Below are positions 41,301 through 62,737 of a stretch of DNA of 64,000 bases, piece after piece. The position numbers and the translations under genes are program-made. The notes below the pieces were generated by a model, which saw only the letters and a program-made list of their open reading frames with translations, made no database searches and was not told where the DNA came from. Source of the DNA: Mizuhopecten yessoensis (taxonomy: Eukaryota); NCBI RefSeq assembly GCF_002113885.1, contig NW_018407272.1, positions 74,273 to 138,272 of the forward strand, written 5' to 3'. Numbering within the stretch: the first letter of the stretch is position 1; each line of letters starts with the position of its first letter.

Positions 41301-44300
41301 GGAAATTTGTTCTTTTATGTACACTTCATGGTCAAAGTGAGTGTTAATTTTCAGTTTTCAAATTTTGGTGAAATTCAAAAAAGATTTTTATAAGGCCGAT
41401 TATAAAAACTACATGTACTGAAAATTCACAGTATTTCTTTCATAAAACACTTTCTTCGATTAGTTTTAAAACTAATTATTCTGTCAATGCTGAAATAACA
41501 GTGATATTATAATTTGAGAAGGTTTAATCAAAATAAACACTTACCCGACATTCTAAATGGCACGAAAATTTTCTCGCCAGTATCAGGGTGAATTATTGCC
41601 TGTGAAAAAATGAAATTCAATTTATTTGCTGTCATTCACAAAAGACTGATTTTTTCACTGAGGTAATATTGTGGCCAATACATTTCAAAAGAGGAATATG
41701 CATCAAAGTTTTAAAATTTGAATTTGCATAACTTGTGATAAAGGATAAGGAGGTGTTGGTTGGATGTGCTGATGGACAAAATGAAGAACGGAAAGAAAAA
41801 AAACATTCCTCTTTCTTACGAACCCGTTTTTTAATTATATTTACAGGAACACCAATTAAAACTTTTGAACAGCAAAGGGACAAAACAAGAAGGGCTTAGT
41901 AAAATCAGTGTCATTACACACACTATTTATAGGTGTTAATAATCAGAAAATATCTTAATTAAGACAGCGACACCTAATGGCACATACATTGACAGAATTT
42001 CAAAAACAGGGAAAGAAGAAAAAGATATGATGCCATTATTATACATTATTACACTGTTTTATCATTCTGACGTTTTATCAACTTTTTTTATATCGGTCTG
42101 TCGTCGATTAACGACACACCGATATAAAAAAAAGTCAATAAAATGTCAGAATAATTCAGAGTACCCTATGGACAAAGATTCAAAGTGTTCTTAGATGAAA
42201 GTTATATTGGTTCACCTCCACTGTAATTTGAGCAAGCAGCACCCTCGGTTTTGTAAAACAAACTCACCTGTTTGACTTTCTGGGCCCTCCATAACTGTTC
42301 ATCTGTTGTGCCTGGTGGTGTCTTGTTGTTTTTGTAGTCATCCAACAGTTGTTTACATTCATTCAGTTTGCTCTAAACAAAACAAATATATATATATATA
42401 TATATTACTTATTCCAGTGGTGAATTCATGGAATTGAGGTGGGTTAGAAGGTATGATATGCACACTCAAATTGGTTAGTTCTCTCTCCAACAATTTACAA
42501 GGATAGGGGTGGGGTACTGATGGAAAAAAAGCATCTTTCTACTATCTCTCAATAAGAAGTTTAACCAAACCAGTTAATCAATAACACCATTGAATTTCAA
42601 TCATTAAAACAATACAATGTTGCATATTTTCATTAATTATGAAACAGCTGATGTAAAGAAAATGTTACAGAAGATAAAAGTTACAAGAAGTCTGACAGCA
42701 TTGTTTTATCAGAAGTGTTAATTTCCAGTATTTCGATATTACTGTACAATACTTCATTGTATAGAACTCACTTCTGAGGTAAACAGTGTGGATGGATCGA
42801 TAACATCAAGGAAATGGCGTAACCGTCCATAAAACGTTCCCTGAAAAAGAAAGAAATAATTAAAACATAATAAATATGATGCATTGATTGGTCATGGTAT
42901 CTTCACAATTATTTCACCAAAGTGTCACCCAATATGTTAGAACAGAATAATATCTTATACGTGTAAACCACAAGGGTTTTTTTTGCTTTTAATTAAATGA
43001 ACAAGGATTAAACAAGTTTTCAAAATTTAAACTTTGGATTTTTTCCCAACAATTGTTAATTTTTGACACAAATGTATTTATTTTATATATATTACAATCA
43101 ATGAATATACTTTTTTTAATGGACTGGGTTTTCAGTGTTGAAAGAGAAAAAACCAAAACTAATACTTGGTCAAACTTGAATCACAGGGGTTCATTTCTAA
43201 ACTTTATATGCCACAAATAAACACACCCGTCACTTAAATATATATTATATATAGGGTGTCAGACGTTTCTCCCCAAAACAGTTACGCCCCAAACCAGTTC
43301 GCCCCAAATTTTATTCATATCGCCCCCAAAAACCATATTGCCCCAAAAAAAACATATCACCCCAAATAGTTCGCCCAAAAAAAGCATAACGCCTCAACTA
43401 GTTCGCCCCAAAAATATAAACGTAACGCCCCCTTCCAAAAAAAAGGAGCTTGCTTATTTTCCCATTTTCTTAGGAAATTCGTAGTTAAATATGATTATAT
43501 GTGATTGTGTTTACCGTGCTAAGGGGAATAACTATTGTTTCGTGTATACTACGGAAAGGTTGGTGCATCTGCAAAGCCGGAATAGTAAAAGTGATGTGTT
43601 TCCTTTAACGTTCGTTTTCAGATGTGACTTACGGAAATGTAGCATTGTGTACATTCTTTCATCATACAACGATGCATGTGGCTTCAAAATAAACAACAAA
43701 TCCATGTTTTCATGTGTTGTATGTTTAGTGCTATTATAAAGAGCATATTTCTTTTAGGTATATGTACATCTTATCATCAAACTTTGATGCCTGTAGCTAT
43801 TAAACATACAACAAAGCCATATATCGATGATCTGTTGTAAATTACATGGATCAGGGGCAATTATTTTCCTAGTTCCTTTTATTTTGTGTCGCCGCATTGG
43901 TGGCAGGTGTTATTAAAATAACAACGTTAGGAAAATGTATCCACAAAAATATTAAGTAATGTATTCTGTATTGTGCATGATATATATCTTTGAGTTATAT
44001 TATTATATGTTGTATCATTTGTCGTTGTTGTTGTTGTAAGTAATTAATAATTATCTGTCTCTATATATATATGTATATTTGTACAATGATATTCGGGTAT
44101 ATGTAAAAGATAATTAGATTATTTCCACATGTGCCGAAGGTAGCTAACTTATCATATCTATAATATATATGTAAAGCATGTATGTGTATAATTTAAATGA
44201 TATATATGTTTAAGATAATAAAATTATTTCCACACGAAATTATTCGAAGCAACAAATGAATAATTGATAGTGATAAGGAAATAGTCACAGCTCTAAAATT

Positions 44301-45183
44301 GAAAGAGTTACCTCCCATTAACTGCCTTTTATAGTTCAATATAGGTTCGTTACGTTTGGGGCAATACAGAATTTTTGGGGCGATATAGCTTTTGGCACGA
44401 ACAAGATTATGGGTCAAAAAGAAATTTTGGGGCGATATGGCTGTCATACTTGGGGCGAACTGAACTGAAAATTTGGGTGACGTAGAAAAAAAATGGGGCG
44501 AACTGGTTTGGGGCATAACGGTTTTGGTGCCAAACGTCTGTAATTCTTATAAATATCTTATCGAGACAAACCCCTGTGCACAGGCACAGGGACCTGATAA
44601 TTTGTTACAGCTATATTTGGACCTAAACTAAGATGTTCAGAAATATTGTACATGTTTTAACAGTTTAGATCAACTTTCAATAAAATTGCCACCCCTGAAT
44701 GATAACATAACAATGATGCACAGGCAAAGTGAGAGATATAAATAGTCTAGAAACTGATCGGCCTATAAACATCTATACAAGTGCATAGGCTTCGGACCGG
44801 TTTTTTGGGTTTTTTTGTTATATAGCCAACTCAAGTGCCTGTGTTCTGTTCACGTCGTGCGCCCGTACCAAGAGCGATAACTCTTTCTAAATGTTCTGTC
44901 AAACGCCTCCTGCCGAAAAGTGTAACGATTGTGACTGTTGAATTTGAATGATGCATCATCGATATTTAGACGGGAATTTTGTAAAATAAAGCATTGGAAA
45001 TGTTATCATAAACGCTTAACAGCTGTTTTTCGATATTATTTGAACAGACCGGGACGCAGACGCACTGCTGACAATATATATTCAGATGTACTAATGGACA
45101 TTACACAAGGGCACAAAAACACAAACCTGGTCGAATCGTGATTTCTGCAATTCGAAAGGGGGGTACTTAGATTTAAAATCCAT
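26298..45183 (-). CDS. SFXN5: Sideroflexin-5 (mitochondrial inner-membrane transporter), full gene span, 12 coding exons, 325 aa
   Basis: Exons 45183-45127, 42840-42772, 42372-42268, 41599-41545, 40724-40699, 36261-36151, 35347-35282, 34783-34693, 34313-34198, 33765-33680, 30576-30459 and 26375-26298. All introns are GT-AG and phases are consistent (978 nt). The protein carries sideroflexin motifs [54 protein letters not shown] and C-terminal YNKGL; [12 protein letters not shown] is SFXN5-type. Confidence 0.95.
30459..30576 (-). CDS. SFXN5: SFXN5 exon 11 ([10 protein letters not shown]...[13 protein letters not shown])
   Basis: TGTTAG| and |GTAAGT; ALFPQ motif. Confidence 0.95.
31758..31917. 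mobile_element. 160-bp foldback (MITE-like) element in SFXN5 intron 10
   Basis: TAAGGAATGA...TCATTCCTTA with near-perfect arms of about 78 bp and loop TAAC. Confidence 0.8.
33680..33765 (-). CDS. SFXN5: SFXN5 exon 10 ([28 protein letters not shown])
   Basis: GTCAG| and |GTACAT. Confidence 0.93.
34198..34313 (-). CDS. SFXN5: SFXN5 exon 9 ([22 protein letters not shown]...SKVAAKR)
   Basis: CCTCAG| and |GTAAAT; MRxxELxxGI motif. Confidence 0.95.
34693..34783 (-). CDS. SFXN5: SFXN5 exon 8 ([30 protein letters not shown])
   Basis: TTACAG| and |GTAAGT; RFVPFPAV motif. Confidence 0.95.
35282..35347 (-). CDS. SFXN5: SFXN5 exon 7 ([22 protein letters not shown])
   Basis: TTACAG| and |GTAAGT. Confidence 0.93.
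36151..36261 (-). CDS. SFXN5: SFXN5 exon 6 ([37 protein letters not shown])
   Basis: TTCCTAG| acceptor lying in the terminal unit of the 84-bp array; |GTGCGT donor. Confidence 0.93.
36229..37149. repeat. 84-bp tandem repeat, 11 copies, containing the SFXN5 intron5/exon6 boundary
   Basis: Units start at 36229 + 84n; explains ORF 36007-37092. Confidence 0.97.
37406..37568. mobile_element. MITE-like foldback element in SFXN5 intron 5
   Basis: Inverted arms of about 75 bp, CAGTCTGACCACAGGGG...CCCCTGTGGTCGGACTG. Confidence 0.8.
38243..39296 (-). mobile_element. Non-autonomous Helentron/HINE (DINE-1-like) element
   Basis: Stem-loop TAGGTCACTTGAGAC/GTCTCAGGTGACCTA at 39262-39294, GGAC/GAC microsatellite at 39221-39247, internal repeats of about 300 bp, sub-terminal GGTCACCTGA at 38267 and short palindrome AGGTCCATGGGCCT. 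Confidence 0.8.
40699..40724 (-). CDS. SFXN5: SFXN5 exon 5, 26-nt micro-exon (GYVPFGSPI)
   Basis: TTTTAG| and |GTAAGT; required to keep the frame between exons 4 and 6. Confidence 0.92.
41005..41070 (-). mobile_element. tRNA-like SINE head lacking the T-arm, same family as 12819-12895
   Basis: Revcomp reads GGGTATCTCAGTC...GTAGAACAATCTGAAGTCCTGGTCTGGCCACAC. Confidence 0.6.
41545..41599 (-). CDS. SFXN5: SFXN5 exon 4 ([18 protein letters not shown])
   Basis: HPDTGE sideroflexin motif; CACAG| and |GTAAGT. Confidence 0.95.
42064..42152. mobile_element. Short foldback element in SFXN5 intron 3
   Basis: Inverted arms of about 41 bp, ATTCTGACGTTTTAT...ATAAAATGTCAGAAT. Confidence 0.7.
42268..42372 (-). 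CDS. SFXN5: SFXN5 exon 3 ([14 protein letters not shown]...LWRAQKVKQ)
   Basis: TTTAG| acceptor, |GTGAGT donor. Confidence 0.93.
42772..42840 (-). CDS. SFXN5: SFXN5 exon 2 ([23 protein letters not shown])
   Basis: TTTCAG| acceptor, |GTGAGT donor, family motif. Confidence 0.95.
43254..44546. mobile_element. Non-autonomous DNA transposon of about 1.3 kb with sub-terminal CGCCCC repeat arrays
   Basis: Termini CAGACGTTT and AAACGTCTG; repeated GTTCGCCCCAAA on the left and inverted TTGGGGCGAAC on the right. Confidence 0.8.
44585..44696 (+). mobile_element. Partial copy of the CACAGGGA-terminated MITE family (see 59662-59865)
   Basis: CACAGGGACCTGA...ACAGCTATATTTGGACCTAAACTAAG matches the revcomp of 59760-59865. 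Confidence 0.75.
45127..45183 (-). CDS. SFXN5: SFXN5 exon 1 ([19 protein letters not shown])
   Basis: ATG at 45183; donor CAG|GTTTGT. Confidence 0.9.
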
Positions 45184-45380
45184 TAGGTCGATCTGTTTAT
45201 CTCCAAACCACGTCGGGGGTCAAAATGAAACCGGAAGTAATTGATGTGCCTAACATGCTGTCATCCGGGCATTCTAGTTACCTTTTACCCGAATAGATAA
45301 AAACCTATCCCATCATACCTTGTGGTTCTGTAGAACGACGAACTGACGTATATTTATTGTATGGTAAACTGTCCTCCACG
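45184..45380. promoter_or_regulatory. Bidirectional promoter and 5' UTRs shared by SFXN5 and DHX15
   Basis: Divergent ATGs separated by 197 bp; ETS/GABP-type CCGGAAGT at 45231-45238; TGACGT half-CRE near 45344. Confidence 0.75.
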
Positions 45381-57456
<12,076 letters not shown>

Positions 57457-57474
57457 ATGATCAATGTCGTTTGG

Positions 57475-57607
57475 CATCATTACCAGCCAGGCCTGAGGTC
57501 AAGGTCATATGAAATGTCATCCGTACCAGCCAGGCCTGACGTTAAGGTCATTTGATATATCATCTGTACCAGCCAGGCCTGAGGTCAAGGTCAAGGTCAT
57601 ATGCAAT
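57475..57607 (+). repeat. 43-bp tandem repeat x3 in the DHX15 3' UTR
   Basis: Units at 57475, 57518 and 57561 (CATC..TACCAGCCAGGCCTGAGGTCAAGGTCA..). Confidence 0.9.
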
Positions 57608-57915
57608 CAATGCCTACCAGAGATTGGATTTGTCATCATTACTGAGAAGACCTAAGAAACAAACGAGATATTACGAGATAAACTGTTTCATCTTATGAAG
57701 GATGTGTACTAGTAACTAGTGGTGCAGATATTTATGTTTAATTTAAACATTCAAGATTCTGTCAAGACTTGGAGAATGATAAAAGTAATGTTGTGTTTTT
57801 GTCATTGTTGAAATAGAGGGATTGTTTTTCTCCAGATAGACAATACAAGCAGGAAACTACCCAGTAATCAGAATGTTCAACGGAATCATTCATTTTGATA
57901 TGAAACATTTTCAAA

Positions 57916-57921
57916 AATAAA
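57916..57921 (+). terminator. Candidate DHX15 polyadenylation signal AATAAA
   Basis: AATAAA about 460 nt after the stop, followed by a T-rich tract near 57932-57941. Confidence 0.45.
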
Positions 57922-59661
57922 CACGAAACACTCTTTTTTTGTCAGAAAACACTTTCATTCTAGAAAACATTTAGATCTATAACAAGAAACAAAAACAAGA
58001 TATTAAATTGCTTGTTTTCATTCTTGTCATCTATCATCATCATCTTCATCATCATCTTCGTCTTCATCAGTTTCATCATCGTTATCAGTTGAGTTGTGGT
58101 TGTTGTTAATGTATGCAGTCATTGTGTCGACATGTGATGTAACTCAGAAACATTAAACGCCTTTAATGATGTCGTGTTTGTTGGAGTCATTGAGGAACCT
58201 CGCCATCAACAGGATACATGATTATAAGTAATTCTTCATAACGTGTTACATGTCGTACAGATTTGTCCTGATAAATGACCATTGCATTAAAATGTGAATG
58301 GAAAACATACCGTTGTTGATTTTTAACTCGCCTGTCCAACAATAAGGCTATCATTGTTAGCCTATGCCATTGTGTGGTGTCTCTCCTCTTTCCACCATCA
58401 ACACTTCTCATATTTTTCTTGATTACTTCTCTAAATGCACCAGAGTAAGCATGACTAGATGTTGCTTACTTGGTTAATAGGGCCCCGTTTGTTTATGGTG
58501 TTTCAAAAAGTCTGACTGGTCGAACAAGAGTTGACCTAACGATCTAATGTTGCATTCTGATGGGCCTTTACCAGACTTTCAAGGACTGCATTAATGTTTA
58601 AAAGTCAATCAAAGCTATGTATTTTATCCCAGAATTATCACATTTAAATAAATGACCAGGCCCCATGACAAACGGCTCCAAATTGAACAAAGTGGTTCAT
58701 AAGAGTTGAGAGCCAGGGTGGGGGGTCATTTTGAAAATGCTCATATGTTGATACAACATCTGGATGTAGATATTTGTTTGGGTAAAGTCTCTGGCTAAAA
58801 TGGCCACATAAGCAGGAGTCCAATATCTTAATAGAACTATGAAGACTATGGTCATGTTATACAGTGTATGTACATAGCCTGTTGTATACTTTGTAATTTG
58901 GCCTGTTGCATAGTATCAGATTTGTCAAAGTGGATTACCCTAGTTACAAGAGTGAAATACATCTAAGGAACCAGGAGGCCTAGAGGAATGTGGTTTGTGC
59001 TGTGGTAAAGGGTGATAACTGATATTTAAATAAAGTTCACAAAGCCAAATGTGTTAAAATCTTCAAATGATGCCTTATCGATCATGAGTAGTATTTGACC
59101 TGTGAGTTGGTGAGGTGGCAGGGTTTGTAAATAAATCACATTTACAGATGTTCGAAATCAGGGGCCAAATGTGTTAAACATTTCACATAAGTTCTAATAA
59201 AGAACCCCACTACTTAAAGAGTAATACTATTAGTCTGTAGAGTGTGCATGGGTAAATGGATATAAAAGTTTTATAAAAAAAATATATATTGACCTTGACC
59301 TTCATTTGAAAAGGCGTGATATGTTCCGACAACTAATGATGATGAATCATATTAAAGCCGTGTTTATAGTCTAGGGAAGAGCTATCATGTTTGAATTTCT
59401 TGAAATAGATTAACTTATTCCTCTTTCACGTTTAAATTTCTTTAAGCAAACTTTCACGGGTCAAGCTTGTTGATAGCTTGATACCTTCAAAAGACTTTCA
59501 TGACTTTGGCAAAGGGATTTTTCGATTGGTGATAACGGTTAGTAATACCCAAAAATCGCACATGTTCGCAAAAAAATATAACCTCTCTTTTGACAAATGA
59601 CCACTTCGTATACCAAAATACTGTTTGGTGCATGACAATCTGACATATAACTGCTATACAA

Positions 59662-59865
59662 CACAGGGACCTGAGAATCTTTTACAGCAATAGGGGTTTA
59701 GATCGACTTTCGGGAAAAATGACACCCCCATTGATCCGTATATATATGATCCTTGGGGGTGTCATTTTTACCGAAAGTCGATCTAAACCCCTAAAACATT
59801 TAAAATGACTCCGAACACTTAGTTTAGGTCCAAATATAGCTGTACAAAATTTTCAGATCCCTGTG
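59662..59865. mobile_element. MITE with CACAGGGA terminal inverted repeats and an internal hairpin of about 40 bp
   Basis: TIRs CACAGGGACCTGA and TCAGATCCCTGTG; inner inverted repeat at 59691-59793. Confidence 0.8.
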
Positions 59866-59938
59866 CTGTACCAAGTGTATGTGTTTAAAACGTATCGCTA
59901 GATAGGGCGCTTTATCAAATGATATTATTATTATTGAA

Positions 59939-60102
59939 CAGTGGCGGATCCAGAGAGGGGTTTTTTGGGCTTCAGGAACCCCCCAGCCTGAGAAGTTTCT
60001 TTAAAAATCATGTATTTTCACCATTTTCCTCAAATTTGCCCCACCTGGAACCCCCCCAGGAAATTTGGAACCCCCCCCGGCAGGTCTCTGGATCCGCCAC
60101 TG
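59939..60102. mobile_element. hAT-like MITE with 5-bp target-site duplication
   Basis: 18-bp perfect TIR CAGTGGCGGATCCAGAGA; TTGAA on both sides. Confidence 0.8.
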
Positions 60103-61123
60103 TTGAAGTATAATCGCACGGACCTGGCACGTCTTACAACCCATCACGATTGGAGTTTGATTAAGTTTTTTTAGTTTACTTTTACAAAAACATTTCATGA
60201 TTCACAATATAGTCCATAAGGATTCAGAAAAAAAGTTAATAAACTTATGTACAATCTAGCAGCAACTTACCGATCAGTTAGATTAAGTGTGAGACGGAGT
60301 TTGATAGGTGCAGATTAAAATAGAAAATATACATAGCAAAATTGGATCTTACATAATGTACTTCGTACTTTGTTTAGTCATTTTGAATTCTGAATAACAA
60401 GAACATGGCTGATAATAAATTATAAAAATAATGTTTGTATTTTGAATAAATAGGAACCCATCTACGAAAGGAAAAGGAGTAATACAGTGTCAGAAGAGTA
60501 GATTTTGGTTCCCGCTGGTCTTCGATAATATTTCGATCTTAGTTATTCGGGTTCAAAATATATATCTGTAAGTTAACATAACTTATATTTCAGAGGAGCA
60601 ATATTCGTATGTCACTATGTTGTTAATTCAGTCAACTGAAAGCTACTTCCGGGTTGTTTATTGGGTGTGATACGATTTTGTAGACGTCGAGGTTCTGGTA
60701 AATTACGTACGTGTAACTACACTCGTCCCGTATCCAACAAAAGAAATCGCATGATTCTGGTACATCTTAAACCTATTAAGTGACTTTTTAAAAACGTAGC
60801 AGAGCTAACGAGATTAGTCTTCTATGCTTTTGATTAACAACAAAATCTTGAATGAAAATACTGGGGAAATTCAGACTTAAATAAGGAAATATAATGTACA
60901 CTATAATACATGTATCCGGACTGTACAAACAATCGCCCAGTCATTTGTGTGTAATGCGTGTTTTCTTCTTCTTTTTTTATCTGCATAACAGAACGCTACT
61001 GAAAAAAAGAAGTTTTTTTGTGAACTAACTTGAGCTGTGCGTTACTTTCAAAGGTTATGAATCATAAATGGCGATAGTGATATCGCGGCACTTTTGGTAC
61101 AGCACTAGCTATGTTCTTGCATT

Positions 61124-61588
61124 TTAGACATAGTTTCTTTGGAGACTCCAGCACGTGGGACAGGCAAGAGGAAGTGTGTGTCTGAGTGTGTAAACCCCCT
61201 CAACGTGCTTATCCACATCCGGGCACATCGTGGTGGGCATATGCACCAGATGACGGGCGATAGCAAGAGAACCAACATAGTCCGGTCGGTTAGTCGTCTT
61301 TACAAAGAACGCATCGTTAGCATAAGTGTTGAGGATAGCTTTGCTAGCTTTCCGATTACAACTTGGAGGTTTCTTGGTATCTATGGTTTCACTTTGATCT
61401 TTGGCCCGAGCGTTAATTTCACGACACGTTTGGGCTGTCAGCTTCATCATCTGGATCTCGTCATCGGTAACGTCAGCTGTGTGGTATGTACAAGTGACAG
61501 CACGCCTTGGACGTTTGACCTTTTCCTTGACCTTTTGGGGACTGAGGCAGACGGGAATTTCGGTATCCGTACTCAAAAGAGCTTCCAT
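61124..61588 (-). CDS. Small uncharacterised protein (154 aa), single coding exon; weak resemblance to the C11orf96 core motif
   Basis: Non-repetitive ORF that is clearly more GC-rich than its flanks. Acceptor TTTTGCAG| at 61604/61603 with an in-frame TAA just before the ATG; upstream donor GAG|GTACGT at 61929/61928; CRE cluster about 80 bp further upstream. Confidence 0.7.
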   Translation of the reverse strand: MEALLSTDTEIPVCLSPQKVKEKVKRPRRAVTCTYHTADVTDDEIQMMKLTAQTCREINARAKDQSETIDTKKPPSCNRKASKAILNTYANDAFFVKTTNRPDYVGSLAIARHLVHMPTTMCPDVDKHVEGVYTLRHTLPLACPTCWSLQRNYV

Positions 61589-61980
61589 TTACAAGGATTA
61601 AGTCTGCAAAATAAAGAATCGGAAAATACTGATATCGATTTTACATGCATAATAAATTTCGGGTAAAATGAAAATGCAATTAAGGCACTGATTTTCTTTA
61701 TATTTTGAAATAGATCATCGATTGAATTATGATCGTTTTTGCAAGAAATGCAAGATACAAGAAACTTTGTTCAACGTCGAATACGTCAAACAGTGAAACA
61801 TAAGCGCTGTAGCGCTATTTTTGCGACAAACAATGCGCAAAACTATTCGTGGTTTCAAAACTACATGGTTTCATGCACATTATTTGCATATACACACTCC
61901 TATTAAAATAGATAATTAAAGTACGTACCTCGAGAGTTTTTACGATTCTCTTATTGACGAACACCTGCGAAAAATTATTT

Positions 61981-62053
61981 CACGTCAATTTCAAATTATG
62001 CGTGTGACGTCATATGCAGGTGACATCATGACGTCTGACGTCACAAAGCCAAT
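61981..62053 (-). promoter_or_regulatory. CRE/ATF site cluster, putative promoter of the 154-aa gene
   Basis: TGACGTCA at 62005-62012 and 62036-62043, TGACATCA at 62021-62028, TGACGTCT at 62029-62036, CGTCA half-site near 61983, CCAAT at 62049-62053. Confidence 0.6.
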
Positions 62054-62737
62054 GACACGTTCAGACGTTCTAACATATGTTATTATCACTAAATCTTTAC
62101 AGTTTTTGTACAATGTCCCACAATTATAATTCAATGAGAAGGAGGTGAATTAAGCGAGCAAATGTCAATTGTGCTTGACATTCATCTGTAAGCTTTTAAG
62201 TATTATCATGTACTATGCTAAAACAAATTTAGTGTCCTAACTTCATTTTTCGAAGCTTTCAACTGCAAATCCGTTCGATATTATGTTTCTCGATCCATAA
62301 GGATATTTATTGAAATAATCGCAGTAAATTTGAAAACCGTTAAGTGACTCTCCGATGCCCTTAAGTATCTATGAAGAGGAAAGAGATCTTTTAATGACTT
62401 CATTTCTATCTACTTATTAAGTCCGTTTTTCCTTTCACCCTGCCATCTCACAATCGTGTTAAAAATCAGATCATAATTTTGAGTACAGCGAAAATTCCAG
62501 CTAAGTTGGACAGAACCGTGGTGGATCCAGAGACATATATTCCGGAATCAAGGGGCTCCGCACCTGACGAAAAAATGCTCTCTATTTTTTTCCCTTTTTG
62601 TTTTAAATATACGCATGTTATGGAAAGCATAATGGAACCCCATATTGAAAATATACATTTAACTATCGCTAAATATATCACTGCTTGCAAGGTTATTTTA
62701 TCGACGGTCAATACATGCGTCACTGCTTGGTAAGACG

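Noticed and set aside
58025-58122. Acidic D/E-rich reading on the - strand
   Set aside because: Degenerate (CAT)n microsatellite; the frame is only about 31 codons and lacks a good acceptor.
61139-61666. 175-aa + strand ORF
   Set aside because: Antisense shadow of the - strand ORF, which has the splice and promoter support.
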